A stretch of 63,880 nucleotides of DNA, filler included, from Aduncisulcus paluster (Eukaryota): the NCBI GenBank assembly GCA_024181965.1. It is 7 parts of 7 records of this genome, joined end to end, with 100 filler letters (N's around TTAATTAATTAA, not from the genome) between each part and the next. Parts side by side here need not be neighbours in the genome. Positions count along the whole stretch, not along the records: positions 23,734 to 53,820 come from BQXS01012589.1; 6 more parts are not named here. One strand, given 5' to 3'. Below, piece by piece: positions 24,854-35,744 of this stretch. The first letter of the stretch is position 1. Every line of letters starts with the position of its first letter. The notes under the pieces were generated by a model that saw only the letters and a program-made list of their open reading frames with translations, had not been told where the DNA came from and did not search any database. The translations under genes were made by a program, and so were the position numbers.

Positions 24854-26608
24854 TTGTCATCCCCTCTTGGTGTGGATGTTGACCGTGCTGATGGTCGGAC
24901 TGAGCATAAGGAGGAACATGATCGGGAAGGTATGCCCCAAGTTGGAGATACTCCCGGGGATGATGTTATTTCCGAGCAAGACAATGTCCCCAGTTCACAT
25001 GACTCTGACAGCTATGTTGGTTCGGACTCTGGTGTCTCAGTGGAGCATGACAATGTTGAGTCTGTGGAAAGGACTGATGTAGCCCCTGCACAGATCGAGC
25101 TCACGGATAAGCACACTGTTGAGCAGGGAAAGGATACTCAATGTGGGGATGGAATGGGTGAGAGTGTACGTGCACAAGAAACAAGCAAGGACACACAGGA
25201 CTTGGGCAAGGATACACATGAGACAGACAGTGGGAGTGCACAGGTGACTAGAGTGGACAAGAGTAGGAAGGAGGAAGAGGAAGGGGAGGAAGGAGAAGAA
25301 AGAGGGGAGATAGAAACAAAGGAAGAGGAGATCAAACTTGAAGAGGAAGAGAAAGAAGAAGAAGAAGAAGATATTGTGAATGAACAAGAAGATTCCTTTG
25401 AAAAATCCAAGGAAAATTTCAAGACCGTTCTTGAATATTATCATCATTTCCATGTTCGACGTGTGATGAGAGATTTAAGTAAGATTTTCCTTCGTATTCC
25501 ACATTCTCGTGCTTCCTCCATGGAGATTGCAGTCACATATGAAGATTTTAGACCCCTGAGTAGTGAAATGATTTCTACTTCTTCGATACCCCTTAAAGAG
25601 ATGGATTCTATTCCCATTGGCTCTTCTGAGGAATGGGTTGAGGAAAAAGATATTTGTGAGAAACTTGATGAAGATGCACAGAGAGACAGGGAGTGGCGTG
25701 AAGAAATGGAAAGACAAAGACGGCAGTGGGCTATGCTTAATGCGGAGATGATGAAGAGATCTGAATCGAAGACTGAACAACCTGGAGCAGCGTGGGGGGA
25801 TGGCACTGATCCAATAATAACTCAGGCTATTCCTGTGGATCCAATGCAAATGATGCAGGCTTTTTCACAGATGATGCAGCATCTGGCTTCACAAGTACCA
25901 GGATACGATCAATCTCTATCTCAAGGTAGAAGAATGAAGAGAGAAAGGAAAAAGAACAAAAAATCAAAAAAATATGCCAGTGGGTTTTCAACTGGTAAAG
26001 GAAGGAAATTGGGGGAAGATTTGGGAAAAGAAGAGGAGGAAGAGGAAGAAATTGATCTGGCTACAAATGAGCAAAAAGATGAAGTGATATCAAAGGAACA
26101 TGAAGAAATCACCCCAAAGGTTGGATTTGAGAAAAAAGAGAAGGAAATTCCAGCAATTTCTTCTTTGAATATTGATGACAAATGTGATATTGTTAAACCT
26201 CATAAGCCAGGAAATATATCCGTTCCTGGTCAAATAAGTCGGCTTCCACCTGCGGTATCACAGCCATCTATTCCAAAATCGACTCCCATTCCACCTCAGC
26301 TTGCCAAGAGGATCTTGTCGAAATCTATACAATCGTTGCCAGGTTCTGAGAATCTTCCTGAACTCCTTGGGTCTGGACCTATTGAAGTATTGATGCATTT
26401 TAGTGATGGCAGGAAATACCAAAGTCGTTTCCAAAGTGACGCCACGATGTCAACTTTGTTCAGTCGCATCGTTATCCATGCTGGTTTGGGGATTGGCAAT
26501 AGAAATGTGAGAATCGTTGACATTAGGACAGAAGAGAGGATCCTTCCTTCCCCACAGAGTATCAGACCATTGCACCGGCATTCAATTAGAATTATATATT
26601 CAATCTAA
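24854..26608 (+). CDS. UBX-domain p97/Cdc48 cofactor-like protein (5' truncated)
   Basis: SHP-box-like GFSTGKGRKLG; C-terminal UBX-like IEVLMHFSDGRKYQSRFQSDATMSTLF; long acidic regions. Confidence 0.65.
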   Translation: MSSPLGVDVDRADGRTEHKEEHDREGMPQVGDTPGDDVISEQDNVPSSHDSDSYVGSDSGVSVEHDNVESVERTDVAPAQIELTDKHTVEQGKDTQCGDGMGESVRAQETSKDTQDLGKDTHETDSGSAQVTRVDKSRKEEEEGEEGEERGEIETKEEEIKLEEEEKEEEEEDIVNEQEDSFEKSKENFKTVLEYYHHFHVRRVMRDLSKIFLRIPHSRASSMEIAVTYEDFRPLSSEMISTSSIPLKEMDSIPIGSSEEWVEEKDICEKLDEDAQRDREWREEMERQRRQWAMLNAEMMKRSESKTEQPGAAWGDGTDPIITQAIPVDPMQMMQAFSQMMQHLASQVPGYDQSLSQGRRMKRERKKNKKSKKYASGFSTGKGRKLGEDLGKEEEEEEEIDLATNEQKDEVISKEHEEITPKVGFEKKEKEIPAISSLNIDDKCDIVKPHKPGNISVPGQISRLPPAVSQPSIPKSTPIPPQLAKRILSKSIQSLPGSENLPELLGSGPIEVLMHFSDGRKYQSRFQSDATMSTLFSRIVIHAGLGIGNRNVRIVDIRTEERILPSPQSIRPLHRHSIRIIYSI

Positions 26609-26659
26609 AAATAGATTGTGAGTATGTGATTTATTAAATATTGATATTTTGATAGACGA

Positions 26660-26704
<45 letters not shown>

Positions 26705-27159
26705 AAGGACGAAACTTCTCAATTCTAATAGATTCTTTTCAAAAAAATTAAAGAAATAATTTTTGTTTATTGTTTTTGAAGAACAAAATTCGATGCAAAA
26801 AGACAAAAGCAAAGCATTGGAGCATAACGAGCAAAAGAAAGATAATATTATAAAAATTATAATTAGTATTGTAAATCAATACGAGATATTTATAATAATA
26901 ATAATAATTAACATAAAATTTTTACAAATATTGATAGTATACTGTGGAGTATTGGAAGGAGGACTCATCTTGTGTTATGATGTCCTATATAGTCGTTTTT
27001 AGAAGCATTGTATAAATAAATCTTCATTAGACACGGAAATAAAACCAAGAAATGAAGAAAAAAAATCCGAAAAGAATAAAATGAAAAATAAAGTTTAGAG
27101 CATTCATACGATCGATTAGTGAATGATCTGCAATTAAAAAGGAATAAATCTCCAACAAT

Positions 27160-27873
27160 TCAAATAATACAACCTTTATCATCCTTTTTACCAGTCGATA
27201 AGTCAACATCATCACCAATGGACTCACCATCAGGATGTGATTCACAGTATTTCTTGGCGGAGTCTGTAAATGCCTCTTCTATTCCCTCTCCTGTATAAGC
27301 TGATGTATAATAAATGCCTTTAAAACCTAGTTCTTTCACTTTGGCTTCGGCTTCTTCCTTTGTCACGGCGAGGGCACCTTCCATTGACCCCTCGAGATCT
27401 TTCTTATTTAGAATAATATAACAATCAATTTCATCATCACCGTCAATATCATAGCATTTTTCAGCCAAAAGCGAGTGCCAAAAAGAAACACTATCAACGC
27501 TTCTTGATAGATCAAAGGAAGCAACAAAAAGAGCGATATTTGCACCCGAATAGAACTGTTGGCTGATACAAGCAACTCGTTCCTGTCCTGAGGTATCATA
27601 TGCGTTAATGACAACTCTATGAGAACCAATTTTTTCCCTTTTTCGAACACTATCACCAGATACATTAGCTAATGTTGGAGCATAGCCTTCTGATTTAATA
27701 TCAATTGTTTTATCAGCCCATTTTCGCAATATACTGGTTTTTCCAACCTAAAACAAAAACAAACAATTAGAAAAGATTCAAAATATTACAAATTGGAAGT
27801 TGTTTAAAAAAAATAAATATTAACATACAGCTGTTGCGCCCAATAATACAATTTTCAATAATCTAGTTGGCAT
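27160..27873 (-). CDS. Divergent Rab-like small GTPase; intron 27748-27828
   Basis: Splicing restores the P-loop LKIVLLGATA|VGKTS. YDTSGQE, NKKD, TSAYTG, C-terminal GCII. Confidence 0.9.
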
Positions 27874-28082
27874 ATTTATGTAGCTTAGCACAAAAGTATG
27901 TTTTTTTGAAGATTTTGTGCTGGATGAGTTTATTTTGCGTTATCAATAGTTTCATAGTGAAAAATTATATTTATTGTTCATATCATAAACTTTTGCAATT
28001 ACGACAATCATAGACTCTATGTGCTCAGAGCATAACATGTTCGAAGAAATCGTAGCGATTGTTTGACAACATTGAAAATAAT

Positions 28083-30806
28083 ATGACGGGGAAAAACCTT
28101 GTCTTATCACTCAGAGAAAGATTATCTGCAGCCATAAAGTCTGTTGAAGGAGTTAAAGCTCTCATTTTGGATAAGTCTTCAGCTAAAACAGTATCTTCAT
28201 GTATGATCCAAAAAGAAGTTGTGGAATTGAATGTGTTCTTTAATATTTACTTATCTACACTTATCAAATCTGGTCCAAAGGCAAAATTACCTCATCTTAC
28301 TGGAATTGTTCTAATCCGACCCGATCTAGAAAGTGTATCTATGTTAAAGAAAGAATTAGAATCGCCAAAATTTCCCTCATATCATATTTTCTTTTCGGGA
28401 TCCCCTACCAATGCTTCCATTCAGACCCTTGCTCAAGCCGATGTTAAGAGTCGAGTTAGATCTGTTAAGGTTTTATATTCTGATTTCACANNNNNNNNNN
28501 NNNNNNNNNNTATCTTCATGTATGATCCAAAAAGAAGTTGTGGAATTGAATGTGTTCTTTAATATTTACTTATCTACACTTATCAAATCTGGTCCAAAGG
28601 CAAAATTACCTCATCTTACTGGAATTGTTCTAATCCGACCCGATCTAGAAAGTGTATCTATGTTAAAGAAAGAATTAGAATCGCCAAAATTTCCCTCATA
28701 TCATATTTTCTTTTCGGGATCCCCTACCAATGCTTCCATTCAGACCCTTGCTCAAGCCGATGTTAAGAGTCGAGTTAGATCTGTTAAGGTTTTATATTCT
28801 GATTTCACACCCATCATGCCTTCTCTTTTCTCTCTTGAATGTTATTATGATTCGAGATCTCTCCGTACTTCGACCGAAGATGTTGCTGACAGACTTCTTT
28901 CTGTTGTGTCATGTCTTGATTGTTCTGTTGGAACTGTCCGGCATTCCATGGGATCTGCTATAGCTTCAGATATTGCTCACTGCTTCATTCGTGCAGCTCA
29001 CAGAGATGCTGGGATATTCCTCGAAGAAGATAAAAACAAACATGGGGAACCAATAGATATTTATTTTGTTGATAGAAAATCGGACCCTCTTACTCCTCTC
29101 GCATCTGATTGGACGTTTTTACACACTGTCCATGAAGTTCTTGGAATTCATGGTGGAACCGTCACTGTCGACCAACCAGCAACTCCAAGCTCACCCCCTT
29201 CGGCTGGCGGTGGTGAAATGATGCCTCCAAAGATTGTAGATTTGCCCTTCACTTGTCTTGGTGATGATGCTCTGACCTTGGTTCGGTATAGTCATTGCAA
29301 CATTGCTTCGGCCTTCGAGGGCATCTCTAAACTTGCTACTATTGCAGACACTGCAAGGCATGATCTGAAATCGCTTTCAAAGAAGCATGACATTGAATCC
29401 CTTCAAATTGCTATGGCCAGTGTTGGTAAAGTCTTGTCCGATGCGAATCCTGCTAATATGAATGTAATTGCCTCAAACGTAGACAAGAAAGTGACATCTG
29501 AGCACCGTTACGAGTGGGGAAGCGAGGAACAATCAATGTGTGTTGGAGATGGACTTCAGCGTGTGATCAGAATTTTTAATGATCTTGTTAAGAAACAGAC
29601 TGGGGTTAAAACAGTGCCTTACAACAAAGTTAGACTTGGATTAATGCTTTTGTCCCGCTTTGAAGATAGCGATTCTCGAAAGATGGCATCCATAAAATCT
29701 CTCCGCGAAAGTTTGACTCGCTCACCAACATTCTGCTCGAAGTTCATTGCCTCATGTGGTCGCAGGGTTCGTGGAGTATGCTGGGAGGATGTTGAGAAGG
29801 CCGNNNNNNNNNNNNNNNNNNNNCCAGTGTTGGTAAAGTCTTGTCCGATGCGAATCCTGCTAATATGAATGTAATTGCCTCAAACGTAGACAAGAAAGTG
29901 ACATCTGAGCACCGTTACGAGGGGGGAAGCGAGGAACAATCAATGTGTGTTGGAGATGGACTTCAGCGTGTGATCAGAATTTTTAATGATCTTGTTAAGA
30001 AACAGACTGGGGTTAAAACAGTGCCTTACAACAAAGTTAGACTTGGATTAATGCTTTTGTCCCGCTTTGAAGATAGCGATTCTCGAAAGATGGCATCCAT
30101 AAAATCTCTCCTCGAAAGTTTGACTCGCTCACCAACATTCTGCTCGAAGTTCATTGCCTCATGTGGTCGCAGGGTTCGTGGAGTATGCTGGGAGGATGTT
30201 GAGAAGGCCGCTGGTGTCGTCGGAAGTGGTGGAATCGGAGAGAACAGTCAGGTCACCCATGCCCCACGAATGAAGAGAATCCCTCATGCCACCAAAACTG
30301 TTGCCCTCATCGAGACTGCTCAGCGAATTCTTCTGGAATCAGATGAAGGAAGTGTCATGTTCCAGCATTCTCCTAGGATTCAGACATTGGCTGCTCTGGC
30401 CGTGAATGGCCTTGCTGTTGCGAGACAGTTCCCCATGGCCACACTTCCTCCATCAATGATAATGTCATCTCCGTCCTCCTCTAATCGTAGCGCCGATCCT
30501 CTTGTCAAGCAGGTGAGTGGAGATACTTCCTATATCATGCCCTCCAGAACAAAGAAGAGGAGAGTCCTGATCTTCATGGTGGGTGGTGTGTGTTATTCCG
30601 AATATGCTGCAATAGCCCGTCTCAATGTTGCTTATGAGAGAATCGAAGGAGGGAGGGGATCTCCGGGTGCCGGGGACATCTGGAGTAAGCTGTCCACTGA
30701 TATTCCCGGACTGTGCGATGGAAATATTGTCATTGGTGGGAACTGTGTTGTTAACAGCAGATCTTTCCTTAAATCCATTGGTCTCAGGGAGGTTGATCAA
30801 CTATAA
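28083..30806 (+). CDS. VPS45: Sec1/Munc18-family protein Vps45 (one gene split by two gap duplications)
   Basis: KALILD, HLTGIVLIRP, ELESPKFPSYHIFFS, LAQAD..SRVRSVKVLYSDF, DRKSDPLTPL, IFMVGGVCYSE. 28192-28490 equals 28511-28809 and 29417-29803 nearly equals 29824-30210. Confidence 0.85.
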
Positions 30807-31007
30807 ATTGGCCATTTTAACTCTTAATTAGTAAATATAGACTCAAATCGAATGTTTAGGTTTTAATTCGCCATTTCAAAATCACTTGCATAATTTTTGA
30901 AACCCACAAAATATATTTTTCTCACATTTGAACAAGTCCAAGATTTTGAGTAAATGTCATTAACCACGACGCTTTATTTCAAATAATTTATTTGAATGAG
31001 AGTATAT

Positions 31008-32030
31008 TTAGATTATAAAATGGACAGATTGGTGAATATCAATATCATCAATAACAAATTTAACGAAAAGAACAAAGGTTTTTGTCGGTTTTGTTATAAA
31101 AACGATTGAAATAGTTGAAATATTATCAATGTATTCAATTGGTCGACATTCAAATAGATATCCCGTTGAGCTATCAACTGACTCATCGAATTTCATAACT
31201 TCTGTTTGTTTTGAACCCTTTGCTTTGACGATAAACTCTTGTGTAAGATCCTTTGAATCCTCAGAAACAAACTGGCTTTTACGAAAGAAATGCATTTTGA
31301 TGTCCTTTTTATAATTATTTTGAATCAATAATCTTAGAGAAACACACATTAAGTGATCATCTATTGCAGATCCATCGCCAGAAATATGCCATTTTCCAAC
31401 ATGAATAGTTGGTAATAATATTTCATTTGTTAATTCTACGTGTTTAGTATGTTGCTTTTGGACACAATAATGAGTAATATTTGCTGAGAGAGGATTTCTC
31501 ATCTTTCGAACTTTTGACAGGGGAAATAGATCGGGAGAAAATTGAGTATGTGATGAAGATGGAGATTTTGGACTATCTTTTGTTTCTATTATTGGTGATA
31601 ATTGCGAAGATGGGGAAAATAATCCTGTAATCTTCCTCAGAACTAAGGAATGAAATCTACCCTCACATAACTTCTTCATTTCTAATAATAGAGCATCTTT
31701 TAAGTGATGTTTTAATCCTATTGAACCAGATGACCAAGAACACTTTGGACATTGGAAAAAATATGATCCATTTCTCTCAGAAATAGTAAGTAAAGAATTT
31801 CCAACACATTCTGGACATAATACGCATGTAGGACAGAATTGAGGATATTCAATGGGAGCTTTTTTGGAAGAATATTTACAAATATCACATGTATACGATG
31901 TTCTTACCTGCTTTTTACAACATGAAGGATTAGAACAGAAAAACGTCTTACACTCACCACAAAACCATAGATTTTCTGTGGCAACATCTCTGTAACATTT
32001 TGGATTTCCACATCGATAAAAAATTTTCAT
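31008..32030 (-). CDS. Dynactin subunit p62 (DCTN4)-like zinc-binding protein
   Basis: LWFCGEC...C..C...TCDIC...CPTCVLCPEC...YFFQCPKCSWSS..IG follows the DCTN4 Cys pattern LYFC..C...YCP.C...C.NCFDCP.C...YL.C.FC.WTS..VG. Confidence 0.65.
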   Translation of the reverse strand: MKIFYRCGNPKCYRDVATENLWFCGECKTFFCSNPSCCKKQVRTSYTCDICKYSSKKAPIEYPQFCPTCVLCPECVGNSLLTISERNGSYFFQCPKCSWSSGSIGLKHHLKDALLLEMKKLCEGRFHSLVLRKITGLFSPSSQLSPIIETKDSPKSPSSSHTQFSPDLFPLSKVRKMRNPLSANITHYCVQKQHTKHVELTNEILLPTIHVGKWHISGDGSAIDDHLMCVSLRLLIQNNYKKDIKMHFFRKSQFVSEDSKDLTQEFIVKAKGSKQTEVMKFDESVDSSTGYLFECRPIEYIDNISTISIVFITKPTKTFVLFVKFVIDDIDIHQSVHFII

Positions 32031-32229
32031 TCCCTAACCTTCCAATCGGAAAGAAAAAGTCTAAAGAGCTCATTGACAACGTTAATTATTAAGAAGCAGT
32101 TTATTTTTAGAAGAATCAATTCATCAATACAAAAAGGGATAAAATTAAGAATACAAAATCATCAAAAGAGATCGAATCCAAAAAACTATATCCATATCGA
32201 GATTAACCGATAACCATTAACATTCAAGA

Positions 32230-34876
32230 TTAAATGTAGATCAAACCTTCATGAAGGCCAGACACAACTCTGCAGTCGTCAGGACCCTTCTCAGCTCCAA
32301 GGGCCTTGTGCTCAAACTTGTCACTCAAGAGATTACACATAGCGTGAGCATACTGAACTGGGGCGGGCACCTTGACAGAGCTGCTCCAAGAGTAGTACAT
32401 GTAACAAAGGTTGTAACAGAGCTGGGCGATCGCCTGCATGTTGTAGCGACCATCATTGCACAAAATGGAATACTTGATGGGCTTGGGAGCAGAGGGAGAC
32501 TTCTGCAAGGCAAAGAGAAGGAATTCATTCGCAGCAACGAGGGCACTGTCAGTGATGAACTTTCCAGCGCTGACATCGAAACTGTCTCTTCCAGCCCGAG
32601 CAACCATACGGGTACGGATTCCATCACGAGCGGTAACAAAGGTGATATTGACGGAGTCTCCACCAGGGAAACCAGCAACCTTTTCCTTCAGAGGCTTAAG
32701 CTCCTCGGTCTTAACAATGTCATTGAGAACCTCACCAACACCTCCTCTCACAATAACAATATCCTTGGGAGTGCATTTGGTGGATCTGCAGACATCAAAC
32801 ACAAATTCAGCAAGCTGTTCACGGGCAACAAGACGGACAGCAGCTCTTGAACTGGTTTCCTCGGCTCTGGAGACGACTTCAGCACCACTTCCAGCACGAA
32901 CTCTTTCACGACGCTCATCAGAGTCAATGGAACGACCAAAGTACTTGATCGAACCTCCGTTGACGAAGTAAGCTCCCATTCCAGCCACAGATCTCATCTT
33001 GGTGACCATAGCTCCAGATGCACTCCTGGACTTCTGCACCTTACTATGGCACACATCAACACCAACGATAAGAGTGGGTCCAGAGAAGCATGCGGGAACA
33101 ATGGGGACAGTCTGCCAGGGAGTGAATCCAAGCTTGGCGACAACATTCTCAACGACATTGGAGGCAATAATGGGGTTCCACCTACGACCAGTGGCTGAGT
33201 CCTGACAGAACTGAGAAACAATACCAAACTTGAAGAAAACACTCTTGAGTTGCTTGTACACGTGGTGTTGCTCACTGATCAAGACAATGAATACATGACG
33301 CTCTCTGACGGCAATATGGGGATCGGGAACAACCCCGCTGATGGCACCAACAGGGTTTCTGTCGTCAATCTTGACCTCTTGGATTCCCTTGTGGTGGACA
33401 CCCCAATCTCCAAGCTGACGTTCAATGTCCCTCTTAACCTTAAAGAAAAATCTGTCGGCACGCTGAGTGTAGCAAATGAATACCTTTCCAATGTTGCATC
33501 CAGAAACGTGGGCAGGTCTGAGTTGTCTCTGAAGCTCATGCACGGGGACAGTTCCAGCACCGGCAACGGAAACCTGAGGAGTGATAAGATTTTGACCAGC
33601 GAAGCTTCTGGGAGCAGTAATGTCAATGTTGACTCCCCACTCCTTCATGACCTGGACAGGATTCAACCTTGTAGGGTTGAAGTTGGGGTCCTCCTTAACT
33701 TGTGTGAGAACACGAGAGAAGTTCTCAATCTCGGTCAACAAAGGACGGGCCTTAAGTCCACAGATCTCGGGAAGAGCAGCACGAATCTCAGTGGTAAGGC
33801 CAGAGTAATGACAGTAATCAGCAATGAAGAAAATCTCACCTCCATCACGTCCAACAGACTTGAGCATGTGGACTTGTTCACCCTCACGGTATCCATGGAT
33901 GATGTCCTTGTAGTGTTTGATCTCAGCTTCACCAAACCTGCGGGCAGCAGTGGGACGGGACCACTTCTCGATGTAGTATTGACGGAAGGTCTTGTCAGTG
34001 TCAGCACTCATCTTGTCGTCAATGCTTCTGAGGTCAACACCATCAATCATATGGGATCTCTGAGGGTCGTACATAAGATTAACAGAAAGCCCACCACTAC
34101 GGATCTCATCTTGAATTCCACGATCATGGCGACGAAGAAGATCACCAACAGTTCCATTACGCTCAACACGATGCTTAATCTCGTAGGTGAAGGTGCAAAC
34201 TCCCTCAGAAGTAATGGAAAATACACCTTCAAATCCCCTCTTAATAGTGGCATCACGGAAGGCTCTTTCACAACGAGCACCAACACGACCATCCATTGAA
34301 CTTCTGTCGAGAGTCTTGAACATGAAACGGTCACGACTACGCTCATGGGGTGAGAAACGCATAGCAAAGTTGAAGATACGATTAATCAGACCAGCAAGCT
34401 CTTCTTTCTCCTCAGAGCTGGTAGCCATTGAGGGTTTGAAACGTTTGACAGCAGTGATCACGATTAAGTAGGCCACGGCCTCAGATCCTTCACGGGCAGG
34501 AAGTTCTCCTTCCCATTTGTCATTAGGATCGACATCCAAATCAACACAAGTATAAATACCGGTGGTATCAAGAATAAACTTGTGGGAAGGGGGAAGTTCA
34601 GCGTTAACTTCGAGAGCTTTGGCAATAGCAGCAAATTTCAACCCACGGCTGATGAAACGGATGGGGGCACCACCTCTCGTTAATTTGACATCAAGAGCGT
34701 AGCGGAAAATATGTTCGAATTCAAAATTCACAGGAAATACACTAATTTGGGTTGAATAAATTAATGTTGGGAGAATATGGTGAAGAAAGGAAATAGGTAA
34801 AATTTACGTACTTTGAAACAAGCTCAGCATCAGGTGGGGCGAATCTTGGCCCTCTGGATCCTCCTCTGTAAGACAT
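32230..34876 (-). CDS. Argonaute/Piwi-family protein (PAZ-MID-PIWI); intron 34742-34811
   Basis: Exon 1 MSYRGGSRGPR...LVS, GTACGT...TAG intron gives LVSNVFPVNF. PAZ TFRQYY; MID YKQLK, SQ, N...K; PIWI VGVDVCH, LCYMYYSW, VPAPVQYAH. Confidence 0.95.
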
Positions 34877-35048
34877 AGTTTGAACAAAAAAGTAACTATT
34901 GACAAAAAAAAAGAACATAAATTTAAAAAGCAAAGGAGAAAAAAATTTTTAAACTTAATGAAATAAGATTTTTATTTGGAATAACTATTCATTTATATTT
35001 ATTTCAAAGGCATAATGCGACTTTTCAAAGAAGCTCAAATTGCCGGAT

Positions 35049-35469
35049 ATGGAAGACCTTCATAATCAAACGTTTGTATTTGTAAACGAAGATCATACAT
35101 TAGGAAACTCATTAAGACATTTTCTTGCTTCCCAGTACGTTTTCTGCCCTATATTGACTTAATCACTATTATCTTCATCATTTTTTGGTTTGAATTCCAT
35201 TTATTTTTCAATTTTCTTATTTATTTCAACCCATTACTATAATACGATCATAATATATTTGTATTAGTGAGCATGTCGAGTTTGCTGGGTATTCAGTTCC
35301 CCATCCTGCTGAACCCAAAATGCATCTTCGAGTCCAATCCCGAGGTAAGACTGCCATAGATTGTGTTAAAGAATCCGCTGAAGAATTAAAAAAACATGCT
35401 TTACACCTTAGAGAGACCTTTGAATATGAAATCACACAATTTGAAGAACAAAAAGATGAAGAAAGATAG
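35049..35469 (+). CDS. RPC19: RNA polymerase I/III subunit AC19 (RPAC2/POLR1D); intron 35135-35267; absent from the ORF track
   Basis: Spliced TFVFVNEDHTLGNSLRHFLAS-H-EHVEFAGYSVPHPAEPKMHLRVQS. GYSVPHP favours AC19 over RPB11. Confidence 0.88.
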
Positions 35470-35744
35470 AACAAATTCAATTCATTAGACCATAAACATA
35501 CTCATTTTATATTTATTTAGTAAACTCTTCCTATTGCGATATCTCGGTAGAAGATTGTTTCTCCTTATATTATCGAAATAATAATATAGAAATCATATAA
35601 TTTTGCATTTTTATTATTTTCTTTTCAGTTTAGGTCCTTGATTTTACGATTTTTTTCTTGCCATTATTCAGCTCGCCCGAAGTTGTTCTGTCGTTTTTAA
35701 AAGTGCTGTTTTTTCCTTGAGTCTGAGCAAACACATCGCTAAAA

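Noticed and set aside
26663..26703. 41-nt poly-A run as a retrocopy or SINE tail
   Set aside because: No target-site duplication or element body is evident; treated as a simple homopolymer.
28192..30210. Three Vps45 ORFs as tandem paralogues
   Set aside because: 299-bp and 387-bp overlaps flank 20-N gaps. The two mismatches (29515/29922 and 29705/30112) are more likely alleles or errors.
32251..34299. Long antisense ORFs over Argonaute (also 7069..7752 over RPL8 and 24024..24566 over PFOR)
   Set aside because: Expected shadow ORFs of strongly biased codon usage, with no recognisable motifs.
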